Shown here: one piece after another, positions 32,101-44,100 of the stretch | Numbering within the stretch: position 1 is the first letter of the stretch | Layout of the letters: every line of letters begins with the position of its first letter | NCBI GenBank assembly: GCA_038087875.1 | Contig: CM075991.1 | Span: 11,842,001 to 11,906,000, forward strand | DNA length: 64,000 nt | DNA from: Malacoraja senta | Lineage: Eukaryota | Direction of reading: 5' to 3' | Program-made: the position numbers and the translations under genes | Notes under the pieces: generated by a model | What the model saw: the letters and a program-made list of their open reading frames with translations, nothing else | Database searches by the model: none | Told to the model about the DNA's origin: nothing

Positions 32101-35100
32101 GCCTCCGCATCCAACACATCGTTGTTTCTACTTAATAACATTTATAATACTTTCCTTTAAAGTGATTGAGCTGATAGACGACGTGCTGTTACAGTTTCAT
32201 GACGACCAGTTATTCTTTATCTGTTCACTATTTCTATTTGTTTAATGACTACTGAATGCAAAAAAAATATGTAGGAGTATGGATCAAAAGCAATATTCCT
32301 CAGTGTTCTCTCTTGTTCTCAGGCGCTGAGACCAGTGGTGATATGGATATTCTCTTGACTCATCCGGACTATACCTCGGAATCATTGAAAAGAGTACGTT
32401 GATTACCAGAGATGTCAGTTTACAATGTCATGTGTTAGTATTCAGCATGTACATAATCACCGTCATGTCATAGAGCTTCAGCTGTAAGCAGTTGTCCATC
32501 ACCGAGCGATTTCAACAGACAGGCACATGGTTTGTGTTTTGCCAGAACGAGGTTTATGTTTCGCTGAGAACGAAAGGGGGTGAGGGGGGGGACCATTGGG
32601 GCAAATAAAGGGGTACTTTGTAACTTTGTCGGCCCCCCTTATATGGCGACTCTTTGTATGCCATGGTTTGCAAAACTCCCCCTCCCGTTCCAAATCCGAC
32701 CTTTCTGTCCTGGGCCTCCTCCATGGCCAGAGTGAGGCCCAGCGCAAATTGGAGGAGCAGCACCTCATATTTTGCTTGGGTAGTTTACACCCCAGCGGTA
32801 TGAACATTGACTTCTCCAATTTGAGATGGTCCTTGCTTTCTCCCTCCTTCCCCTCCCCTCTCCAGCTCTCCCACAAGCCTACTGTCTCCACTGTCTCCGC
32901 CTCCTTCCGTTCCTTTTCCTGCCCCCCCCCCCACCAACATCAGTCTGAAGAAGGGTCTCGACCAAAAACGTGGCCTAATCTTTCTCCCCATAGATGCTGC
33001 CTCACCCGTTGAGTTTCTCCAGCATATTTGTCTACCTTTGATTTTTCCAGCATCTGCAGTTCCTTCTTAAACATCTCACTGTGAGTTGTCACATGTGACA
33101 ATAAAAGTATCTAACCTAATCTAAAGTCAATCCATCACCTTAAAAAAATCACTCTTTCCATAACCTGTGCAATATGATTTTGCAAGTACCACCGATTAAA
33201 TACAGTGGAGCAACTTGCCACGGTGATTCAACAGCGCCGTCAGAAATCACAACGGACAGTCTAGAAGGAGGAATGGACACGGTGAAACCAACACCAAGTC
33301 CCCATGAACTTTGGGAGTACCATTAGTATATGGGTAGACAAAAATGCTGGAGAAACTCAGCGGGTGAGGCAGCATCGATGGAGCGAAGGAAAAGGTGACG
33401 TTTCGGGTCTCGACCCGAAACGTCACCTATTCCTTCGCTCCATAGATGCTGCCTCACCCGCTGAGTTTCTCCAGCTTTTTTTTCTTCCTTTGATTTTTCC
33501 AGCATCTACAGTCCTTTCTTAAACATCATTATATGGGTTTCAGTTGTACAAGAAGGTGATTCGTCATCACAGGTGCATTTGGCAATGGATGGACAAGACG
33601 CATTGGCCTTGGATGTGAATGAATAATGAAAAGCTATTCCTGTTTCTGCTGGCCAGCTCCACTGGCAGTGTAGTCTATTATTATAATCCCTGAATTAATT
33701 AAAATGGTTTAATTGACCTATCCCCATTTTGTTTATTAAATTAGAGTGCTGGAGGAACTCTGCAGGTCAGGCAGCATCTGTGGGGGGAATGGACACTGCC
33801 TGATCTGTTGACTTCCTTTCGAGATTCCAGCACCTGCAGTTTCTTGTGTCCCCATTCTACCTACCCTGTGACAAGGTGTGTGCTTCCTATACCTAGTCAT
33901 GGCCATGCATTTTGTTCAGATTCAGGCATTGTTCAACAGTAGAGGGCACTGTACTTCTTCCCTAGGATGCAGATAGACTGAAGGAATTAGATGCTTGTGC
34001 TGAACTCAAAATTGCTTTAAACAGTTTTTAATTGCTGAAAACCGTCTCTTTGCAAGAGGATGGTCACCTTCATCACGTTGCAATATTAAACTACAGAATA
34101 AAGACTGAATGCTTTAATATAGGAAATAAATCCTGCAGACATGGCTACGATTAAGGTTATCTTTGGTCACCTTTTGAAGGAATTTGTGAAAAGTTCAGTT
34201 TAGTTTATTGTCACGTGTACCGAGGTACAGTGAAAAGCTTTTGTAGCGTGCTGTCCAGTCAGCAGAAAGACAATACATGATTACAATCGAGCCATTTACA
34301 GTGTTTAGATACATGGTAAGAAAATAATGTTCAGTGCAAGGTAAAGCTAGGAATGTCCAATCAAAGATAGTCTGAGGCAGACATAAATGCTGGAGAAACT
34401 CAGCGGGTGAGGCAGCGTCTATGGAGCGAAGGAATAGGTGACCCAAAACGGCACTTATTCCTTCGCTCCATAGATGCTGTCTCACCCGCTGAGTTTCTCC
34501 AGCATTTTTGTCCACCTTCGATTTTTCCAGCATCTGCAGTTCTTTCTTAAAGATAGTCTGAGGATCACCAATGGGGTAGACAGCAGTTCAGGACAGCTCT
34601 CTGGTTGTGGTAGGATGATTCAGTAGCCTGATAAAAGCTGGGAAGAAACTGTCCCTGAATCTGGAGATGTGCGTTTTCACACTTCTGTACCTTTTGCCCG
34701 ATGGGAGAGGGGAGAAGAGGGAGTGGCCGGGGTACAACTCGCCCATGCTGATGCTGCTGGCAAAAGAGAGCATGCGACCTGCTACCGTTTTGAGTGAAAA
34801 ATTTGCATTCTTAAAATGATACCAATCAAATTTGAAGCCGTCTATAATCAATTTTCATTGTGGAAAATTAATTCAAATTGTTTAGAAGTTACTTGGATCT
34901 AGGAAAGTAATTTGAGACCTCACGATATATAGCCCAATGCAATAAAAATAGTAAGTGCTGGAAATATTTAACATGACCGGCAGCATCTTAGATGAAGCAG
35001 CATTAACATGTTAGGTCAGCAACCTTTCATTCACATGATGCCCATTGACCTGAACAGGTGTATTTGTGCAGGTCTTCCCTTGTTGGTGGACATTCACTTA

Positions 35101-38100
35101 ATGAATCTTCACAACAGCGATGGGTTCTATTTAACCTGACCCCTCGCTTCGTGAATGTTTCGATGAGCTCAAGGAGACAGCTCACCACCACCGTATCGAG
35201 TGGAACTAAGGATGGACAATGTCCAAACCTTCAAAATGAATTTCAAAAAGGTGTTCTGCTCATCATGTTATTCAACCATGCCTTTTTATTTCATTACTAA
35301 TGTATAATTGAGCCTGTCATACCAATTTGATTGGAGTTGAGGTAAATTAGGTCAAATTTTGCAATGCAAGGTCACTAATTTCAAAGCTACTTTCACATGA
35401 CAGCTTTAGGCCATTCTCAATATTGAATGTAGACAAAAATGCTGGAGAAACTCAGCGGGTGCAGCAGCATCTATGGAGCGAAGGAACCTTTTTTCCTTTC
35501 ACTCCATAGATGCTGCTGCACCCGCTGAGCTTCTCCAGCATTTTTGTCTACCTTCGATTTTCCAGCATCTGCAGTTCCTTCTTAAACTCAATATTGCATG
35601 GATTGTTCCAATTCCATTTTCAGGTTTCTTGCATAAATAACTGTCACCTGGATGGTGTCTAGTTTAGTTTTTTAATTGTCACGTGTACCGAGGCAAAGAT
35701 ATTTTGTTGCGTGCTGTCCAGTCAGCGAAAAGACTATACGTGATTAAACTCATCCATCCACAGGTATGCTCGATGATGAGCCAACACCTTTTTGAGATTC
35801 ATTTTGAAGATACAAAGTAAAGGATTTCCCAAGGAGGAGTACATTAACAGAAAAAGAGTGTGAGAAAATTGGCTGGGAAAGAAATCTGACAAAAATGCTG
35901 AGTGACTTAAAAGATTTCCTTTAAACCATTTGGACGGTTTCATGTTAACAACATGCCGTGCAACGTTACCACATTTTGAAATAAATTTGTTTACAATCGT
36001 CGTGGCTACATATGCATTTAATTTTAATCCCACTTCACTAGCCATGGTAAGGAACCAATTCACATCTGACTTTTCATCTCATTAAATTGTGCATAGTAGC
36101 ACCATTATTGTATGTCATTTGATAAATGGGATTCTAGTTTGATCACTGACTTGGCTAATTCAGTCGTGGCGCCACGAGTGGACACAGCAAGGAAACTAAA
36201 TCCAGCCTTGCTAGGCTACTTACTAGAATGCCAGAAGAAGATTGGAGCAAAATGGTTTGGACAAATGGGAATGGTGCATAGTTGGTGAAACTAACTGAGA
36301 AGTTGAAAATATTTCGACGAGCATTAATGACAGACCTAATGGTTGAATTTGATCAAACTGCCCCTTCACTGAATGAGACAGCTGCATTTTAGCACCATGG
36401 AAGGTGTTTAGTTCAGTTTAGTTTATTGTACGTGTACCGAGCTACAGTGAAATGGTTTTGTTGCGTGCTATCCAGTCAGCAGAAAGACAATACATGATTA
36501 CAATCGATCCATTCAGTGTATAGACACCTGATAAGGGAATAACGTTTAGTGCAATTAAAAGCCAGCAAAGTCCGATTAAGGGTAGTCTGACGGTCACCAG
36601 TGAGGGAGATAGTAGTTCAGGACTGCTTGCTTGTTGTGGTAGGATAATTCAGTTGCCTGATTACAGCTGGGAAGAAGTGCTGCCCATTAGAAGTGATATC
36701 TTGACCTGTCATTTAATGATCTCAGCAAACCTCTGTGTGAAGGCCTTTTACTGGTGGATTTCTGCCTGACCTAACATTGTAGACACTGATAGTAGGAATG
36801 GGTGACTCTTCCCAGGTCTGAAGAAGGGGCTCGACCCGAAACGTCAGCCATCCCTTCTATCCAGAGATGCTGCCTGTCCCTTTACTTGGTGAGAAATAAA
36901 AGTGAAACTGTGATTGTCTACAAGATGCCAACTGTCAGTTTGAAAATTGTGGGAGGGAGGGACGGAGGGAGGGCTGAAGGAAGGGTTGAGCTCAAATGAC
37001 AGGTTCAGAAAATCCTAGATCGGGGTTGGCAATGATGTGATGAATTTTGATTTCAGCAAAGTGGACATGAGTCACAGAGTTGTGTGGAAGCAGGCCCTTT
37101 GAGCCATTGAGAAGGAGGAGCTATTAGATATCAGGGTGACATATTGCCTGGCATGGATGATATCTCTCTCAGTTGCCATGGCAAACAAGGGAGCCCTTAC
37201 AAAGATCTTTGCTGGATTGGTGTGGATGAGAAAAAGTTTGGCATGGACTCGATGGGCCGAAGGGCCAGTTTATGCGCTGTGCAATTCCATGACTCTATAC
37301 TGAAGCACAAACTCCGCCGTTTGAGAAGTCAGGAACTCAGTTGTTCAGACAGCAGTTGCAGAGGGAATGGGCAGACAACATGAGGTGCTGGAGGACCTCA
37401 GCATGTCAGGCAGCAACTGTGCAGGCTTCATTCCCTCCCTCCCTAGATGCTGACTGTCCCTATGTGATCCTCCAGTACTTGGTTTTTTTGCTCAAGATTC
37501 AGGCATCTGCAGTTTTTTGTGTCTCTTTATTTCTGAATATGCAGTGTTGTCTTTTAATATAAAATAATCAATAAATGCAGCAAAATATCTCTCTTGAATA
37601 GCAAGTTTAGCCTGATCTTTGCCAATTTCCATTGACTTAGTTTATCCATGAACATGCTGTTCTTTCATTTGTATTTTATTTATATTGGTGGGGACGCTGA
37701 GACCACAGGATTTATATTATTCCCTTTCAAATATACTTTCTCACAACAAAACAGCTGCTAATCAAGCAAGTGAGAAAATAAACAGTATTCTCACATTTTG
37801 ATGCGATTATGTTAACCTATATATAGAAATGCAACACAATTAGACAATAGACAATAGGTGCAGGAGTAGGCCATTTGGCCCTTTGAGCCAGCACCGCCAT
37901 TCAATGTGATCATGGCTGATCATCCCCAATCAGTACCCCGTTCCTGCCTTCTCCCCATATCCCCTGACTCCGCTATTTCTAAGAGCCCTATCTAGCTCTC
38001 ATGTTTTCCAGAACAGAAAAAATAGAAAATATTCACCAGTTCTAGCCATTTATGTCGCAGTTGAAATAGAATAACAGATTTAACATTTAGACTGATAGCC

Positions 38101-41100
38101 ATTTGGCACAATGGACAATTACTGTATGTAGTAATAATAATAATAATAATGGATGGGATTTATATAGCGCCTTTCTAATACTCAAGGCGCTTTACATCGC
38201 ATTATTCATTCACTCCTCAGTCACACTCGGTGGTGGTAAGCTACTTCTGTAGCCACAGCTGCCCTGGGGCAGACTGACGGAAGCGTGGCTGCTAATTTGC
38301 GCCTACGGCCCCTCCGACCACCACCAATCACTCGCACACATTCACACACATTCACACACACATTCACACGCAGGCAAAGGTGGGTGAAGTGTCTTGCCCA
38401 AGGACACAACGACAGTATGCACTCCAAGCGGGATTCGAACCGGCTACCTTCCGGTTGCCAGCCGAACACTTAGCCCATTGCGCCATCTGTCGTACCATGT
38501 GTGCCTAATGCTGTGACCCTGCATTTTAATTGAATGTCATTTGGGATAAGAGGAGATTTGCAAGGCTAACAAATGCAGTGATGATACGGCGTTTAGTATT
38601 TAGAGATGCTGATAACTTTACAGCCTATGGGTGAACTGGAGATGGGACTGGGACTGGACTTTGCTGCCTTCCCCCACAGTGGGAACCATTGTGGGGCGAT
38701 GTTTTTATGTTTATTGTTAAATTCTTTAATGTTATCTTTATTTGTGTGCTGCATGGCAAGTCAAATTTCACTACACCAATTGGTGTATGTGACAATAAAT
38801 GTCCTTTGTCCTTTGTCCTAGGATTTACGGTATTAAATTCTTTGTCGCTTTCCACCTCTTAGCATGGAGGATAAATTCCAGACACTGGAAAATATGTATA
38901 AATGGAGAAAGAGGAAGCAATCATTCTCTTTATGGTTTACTATAATATAGTCATACAGCACGGAAACAGGCCCTTCCTTCAGCCCATGCTGACAAAGTTC
39001 TCTCGTCTACACTCGTCCCACCTGCCCATGTATGGCCCAGATCCCTCTGAGCCTTTCCTAACCATGTACCTGTCCAAATGCCTTTTAAATGTTTTATATA
39101 GTACTTTTATCAACTACCTCCTCAGGCAGCTCATTCCACCTACCCACCACCCTCTGTGTGAAAAGTCACCCCTTGGGTTCCTATTAAATCATCACCCTCT
39201 CACCTTAAACCTATGTCCTCTAGTTCTTGATTTCCCCTTGTCTCGTTAAAGCACTCTGTCCTTTCACCCTATCTAGTCCCCTCATCTTATACACCTCTAT
39301 AAGATCACCCCTCATCCTCCTGCGCTCCATGGAATAAAGTCCTAGCTTGCCCAACCTCTCCCTGTAGCTCAGTTCATCGTGTCCTGGCATCATCCTTGGA
39401 AATCTTCACTGCACTCTTTTCAGCTTAAGGGCATCCACCGTCCAATATAATTAAGTAAAAACATTAAAAAGATGGATTTGTATTAGCACCAACAGCTAGT
39501 GCTCTCAGGTTTATTTCACTAGCCTTTCTGTGGAATAGAAATATTTGGGCAGCACGGTGGTGCAGCGGTAGAGTTTTATATATTCTATATGTTGTGTTAT
39601 TCTGTAGATTGGCAAACCTCTTAGAAATGTAGAAGGTGGTATATGGTATGAACTGCAGTTTGTTGAATTGGCCTTAGAGCTCTCACTGCCAGTAAAGTTA
39701 TGGGGAGCAAATGAAATTCTTATTGAATATTCAAGTGAGTTGTGTAAAAGACTCGGCAACAATACTGAAGTTTTGTGTTCTTTCAAAATTGCAATAGATT
39801 TGAACTGTATAAGAATAAAATGAAGAACATATTAATGAACTTGCAAGTGTGCTGGTATGGCCTCCAATTGTCCCCACCAGCTAAATAATTGCACAGATTA
39901 ATATTATTTGAGATCCACTCGAGCTCAGTTACTGAGATTTTTATTGGATCTTTTTCAGCCAAAGCTTCTTCATAAAGTTGTAGAATGCCTGGAAGCAATA
40001 GGTTTTGTCAACAACACCCTTTCCAAGGGAGATTCCAAATTCATGGTAAGTAATATTTCTCCAGTTGCTGCAATGAGAAAATGATAAACAAATGAAGAAT
40101 TTTATTTTTTTGTTAGTCTGGAATTGTCTCTCTTTCATCTATTGTATTAAAATCACAATTAAAATGATGGAAGTGGAATTTAGATGACTTCATCAAATAT
40201 GTATATACTAATATCCTAGTCATAATCATAGACCTGTGGTGGCACGGTGGCGCAGCGGTAGAGTTGCTGCCTTACAGAGCTTGCAGCGCCAGAGACCCGG
40301 GTTCGATCTCGACTACGGATGCTGTCTGTACGGAGTTTGTACTTTCTCGCTGGGACCGCGTGTGTTTTCTCCAAGATCTTTGGTTTCCTCCCACACTCCA
40401 AAGACGTCCAGGTTTGTAGGTTAATTAGCTTGGGTTTGTATACTTGGTATAAGTGGGTGTGCACATCTCTGAAGATCTTTCCTGGTCCGAGAACACTGAT
40501 GCCATTATTAAGAAAGCACATCAGCGTCTCTACTTCCTGAGAAGATTACGGAGAGTCGGTTTGTCAAGGAGGACTCTCTCTAACTTCTACAGGTGCACAG
40601 TAGAGAGCATGCTGGTTGCATCGTGGTTTGGTTCGGCAACTTGAGCGCCCTGGAGAGGAAAAGACTACAAAAAGTAGTAAACACTGCCCAGTCCATCATC
40701 GGCTCTGACCTCCCTTCCATCGAGGGGATCTATCACAGTCGCTGCCTCAAAAAGGCTGGCAGTATCATCAAGGACCCACACCATCCTGGCCACACACTCA
40801 TCTCCCTACTACCTTCAGGTAGAAGGTACAGGAGCCTGAAGACACCAACGACCAGGTTCAGGAATAGCTACTTTCCCACAGCCATCAGGCTATTAAACCT
40901 GGCTCGGACATAACACTGAACTGTATTAGCCTTTACTGTTATTTGCACTTTATCAGTATATTGATTCATGTGTGTATATATTTATAGAATGCCTTGTAGT
41001 CAATGCCTACTATGTTCTGTTGTGCTGAAGCAAAGCAAGAATTTCATTGTCCTATCAGGGTCACATGACAATAAACTCACTTGACTTGATTTGAAGTGTC

Positions 41101-44100
41101 CCTAGTGTGTGTAGGCTTATTAATGTGCTGGTCGGTGCGGACTCGGTGAGCCGAAGGGCCCGTTTCTGTATCTGCACTGTATCTCTAAACTAAACTGCAT
41201 GGAAGCAGGCCCTTCAGCCCACCTTGTCATATTGAGCTAGTCCCATTTGCCAGCGTTTGTCCCATAGCCCTCTAAACCATTCCTATCTATCTTGTCCAAA
41301 TGTCTTTTAAAGGTCATAATTGTATCCACTTCCATAGCTTCCTCTGGTTCTTTCCAGATATGGACTACACTCTGAGTGAAAACGATTCCCCTGAAGTCCC
41401 TCATAAATCTCTTCTTTAAACATAGGCTTAAGATCATCAGGATCTTAAAGTTATGCCGTCTAGTTTTAGATTCCTCGACTCTGAAATAGATTGTGAGCGT
41501 TCACATTATCCATGCCTCTCAGGAACTTGTACATCTTAATAAGGTCACCCCTCGGCCTCCTATGCTCCAAAGAAAAAAGTCCTAGCCTATCTAACCTCTC
41601 CGTGTAATTCAAGCCTGCAAACCCAGGCAACATACAGATGAATCTACGCTGCACCCTTTCCAGCTGAATGATATCTTTCATTTAGCTGGGTGACCAGAAT
41701 TCCATATTGTACGCCATTCAGTATTCAGTGCTGGATAGTTTTGGGGCCATTGCTTTGATGACTAATTAGACATTGGACTTTGTCTGTGGAACTGGTGTGC
41801 TACAATGCTGAGAACTACATTCTGCACTCTGTATCTTCCCCTTTGCTCTATCTATTGTAGTTGAGTTTAACTTGATTGTATTTATATATAGTATTACCTG
41901 ATCTGATTAGATAGCATGCAAAACAAAGCTTTCCACTGTACCTCGGTACAGGTGACAATAATAAACCTGAAGCTAAACATCTTAAATGCATCGATACTAT
42001 TCATTTCACCCACTCCCTGGAGCAGGGAGTTGCACATTTCCACCACTCTTTTGATATAACAATTTCTTTGGAATATTCTAATTTCTTGGTAATTGAATCA
42101 TGATAGCTTCTGGTAATACTGTTTCCTGTTTTCCTAAATCTACTCTATCAAAACTTTGAAGATTTTCACTTGCCGTTTCAAAACAAGGACCCTTAAAACA
42201 AACGGGTTGAGCTTGAGTTATTGCTAATCAATATGAACTTCTACAAAGGAATGTAAGAGGATGCACTTTGGGTTTCATCCAGATCTTTGAAATCCAGTCA
42301 GTAATGTTCATCTTAAATTGCTTCCTGTGGGTAAACTGACACCTTCATTTTATCATTTCAGTCCTTGCTATTCTTTTAAACTTGAAGCACCTGATCTGCA
42401 GAAGGTTTTGAACTTTTAATCACATGTTTTCCCTCTGCTTTTGAAGTATTCTGACAAGTGTGGCGAGCTTTCTGTAGGAGTGGCAGAACACTGCTGGTTT
42501 ACACTTCAGAAGTCTGTTCATTGATCTTGGTTTAAGATCATCATGAAAGACACTGGTGTCTGTTCACCTGCCACTCTCGTGGCTTTTGAAAACACGAGTT
42601 AATTGACTTTACTCGTAAAGAGGTGTGAAGTACTATTTGATATATAAATATCAAAATTAATTTTGGTGTTGAATTACAAGCACAATAACAGCGTCTCCCA
42701 AACAAAGATCTTATTATCTCTTGTCAAGATGTGAAGTGATTTTGTTGTTTGTGACACGGCTCAGATTGCTGTAACAGGCTACAGAGCGAAGTCGGCAGAG
42801 TCCGTGGCAATGACACATCCCTCCCTGATGAGCGCAATGTGTTCTGTGGTGATTTTGAACAGTAGACCAATGGGCTGATGTCGACTGCACCAACAGCCTC
42901 GGGGGTATTCTACCCACAGTCACCATCACAGACATCAGATCGGTCTTTCTGAGATTGAAGACCCTGGAAACTGACTGGCAAGGAAGGAGACTTGTCTGTG
43001 TCCTCAGAACCTGTACGGACTAGCTGGCAGGAGTATCCGCTGACATGTTTAACTTCTTCCTACTCCAAACTGAGATTCCCACCTGATTGAAGGAGGTGAC
43101 AAGGAGAAGCAAGGTAGCGTGCCTTAGTGACTACCGCCCAGTGGATCTGACATCCATCATCAATCAGCATGTGCTTCAAGAGGCCGGTCATGGTGCACAT
43201 CGTCATCAGCCTCCCAGACAGCCTTGATCCACTGCCATTTGTCCACTGCCACAACAAGTCCTTGGCAGATCTCCATGGCCCCACCCTCTCCCCAGAACAT
43301 CAGGATAACAAGGACATTGATGTAGATGTGACTCTATTCACTATAGCTCCGCATTCAATGGTATAATTCCAACCAAACTCAAGTCCAGACTCCTGGACGT
43401 AGGGCTCAGTGCCGCCCTCTGCAACTGGATCCTTGACTTCCTGATCCGTAGACTGCAATGAGCAAGGATAGGCAACGAAACATCCTCCACAATTCTCAAC
43501 ACCAGTGCCCCAAAAGGATGCTTCTCATCCCCTTACTTTCCTCCATAAACTCTCAAGACTGTGTGGCCAAATTCAACTCGAACTCCGTTTATACGTTTGC
43601 AGATGACATCACCGTGCTGAGCAAGATCTCGAACAATGATGAAACAGTACAGGAAGGAAACGGAGAGCTTAGTAGCGTCACGTCAAGACAACAACCTCTC
43701 CCTCAGTGACAGCAAAATACAAGAGTTGGTCAATAACTTCAGGAAGTGGGGTGGTGTACACGCCCCAGTCTATATGAGTGGGGACGGTCAGAAGCTTCAA
43801 GTTTGCTCGGTGTAAATATCACCCACGGCAAGTATCACCTACTTTCCTAGCACGGCCAAGAAAGTACACCAACACCTCTACTTCCTCAGATGGCGCAGCG
43901 GTAGAGTTGCTGCCTTACAGCGAATGCAGCGCCGGAGACCCGGGTTCGATCCTGACTACGGCTGCTGTCTGTACGGAGTTTGTACGTTGTCCCCGTGACC
44001 TGCGTGGGTTTTCTCTGAGATCTTCGGTTTCCTCCCACACTCCAAAGGCGTGCAGGTTTGTAGGTTAATTGGCTTGGTAAATGTAAAAATTGTCCCTTGT

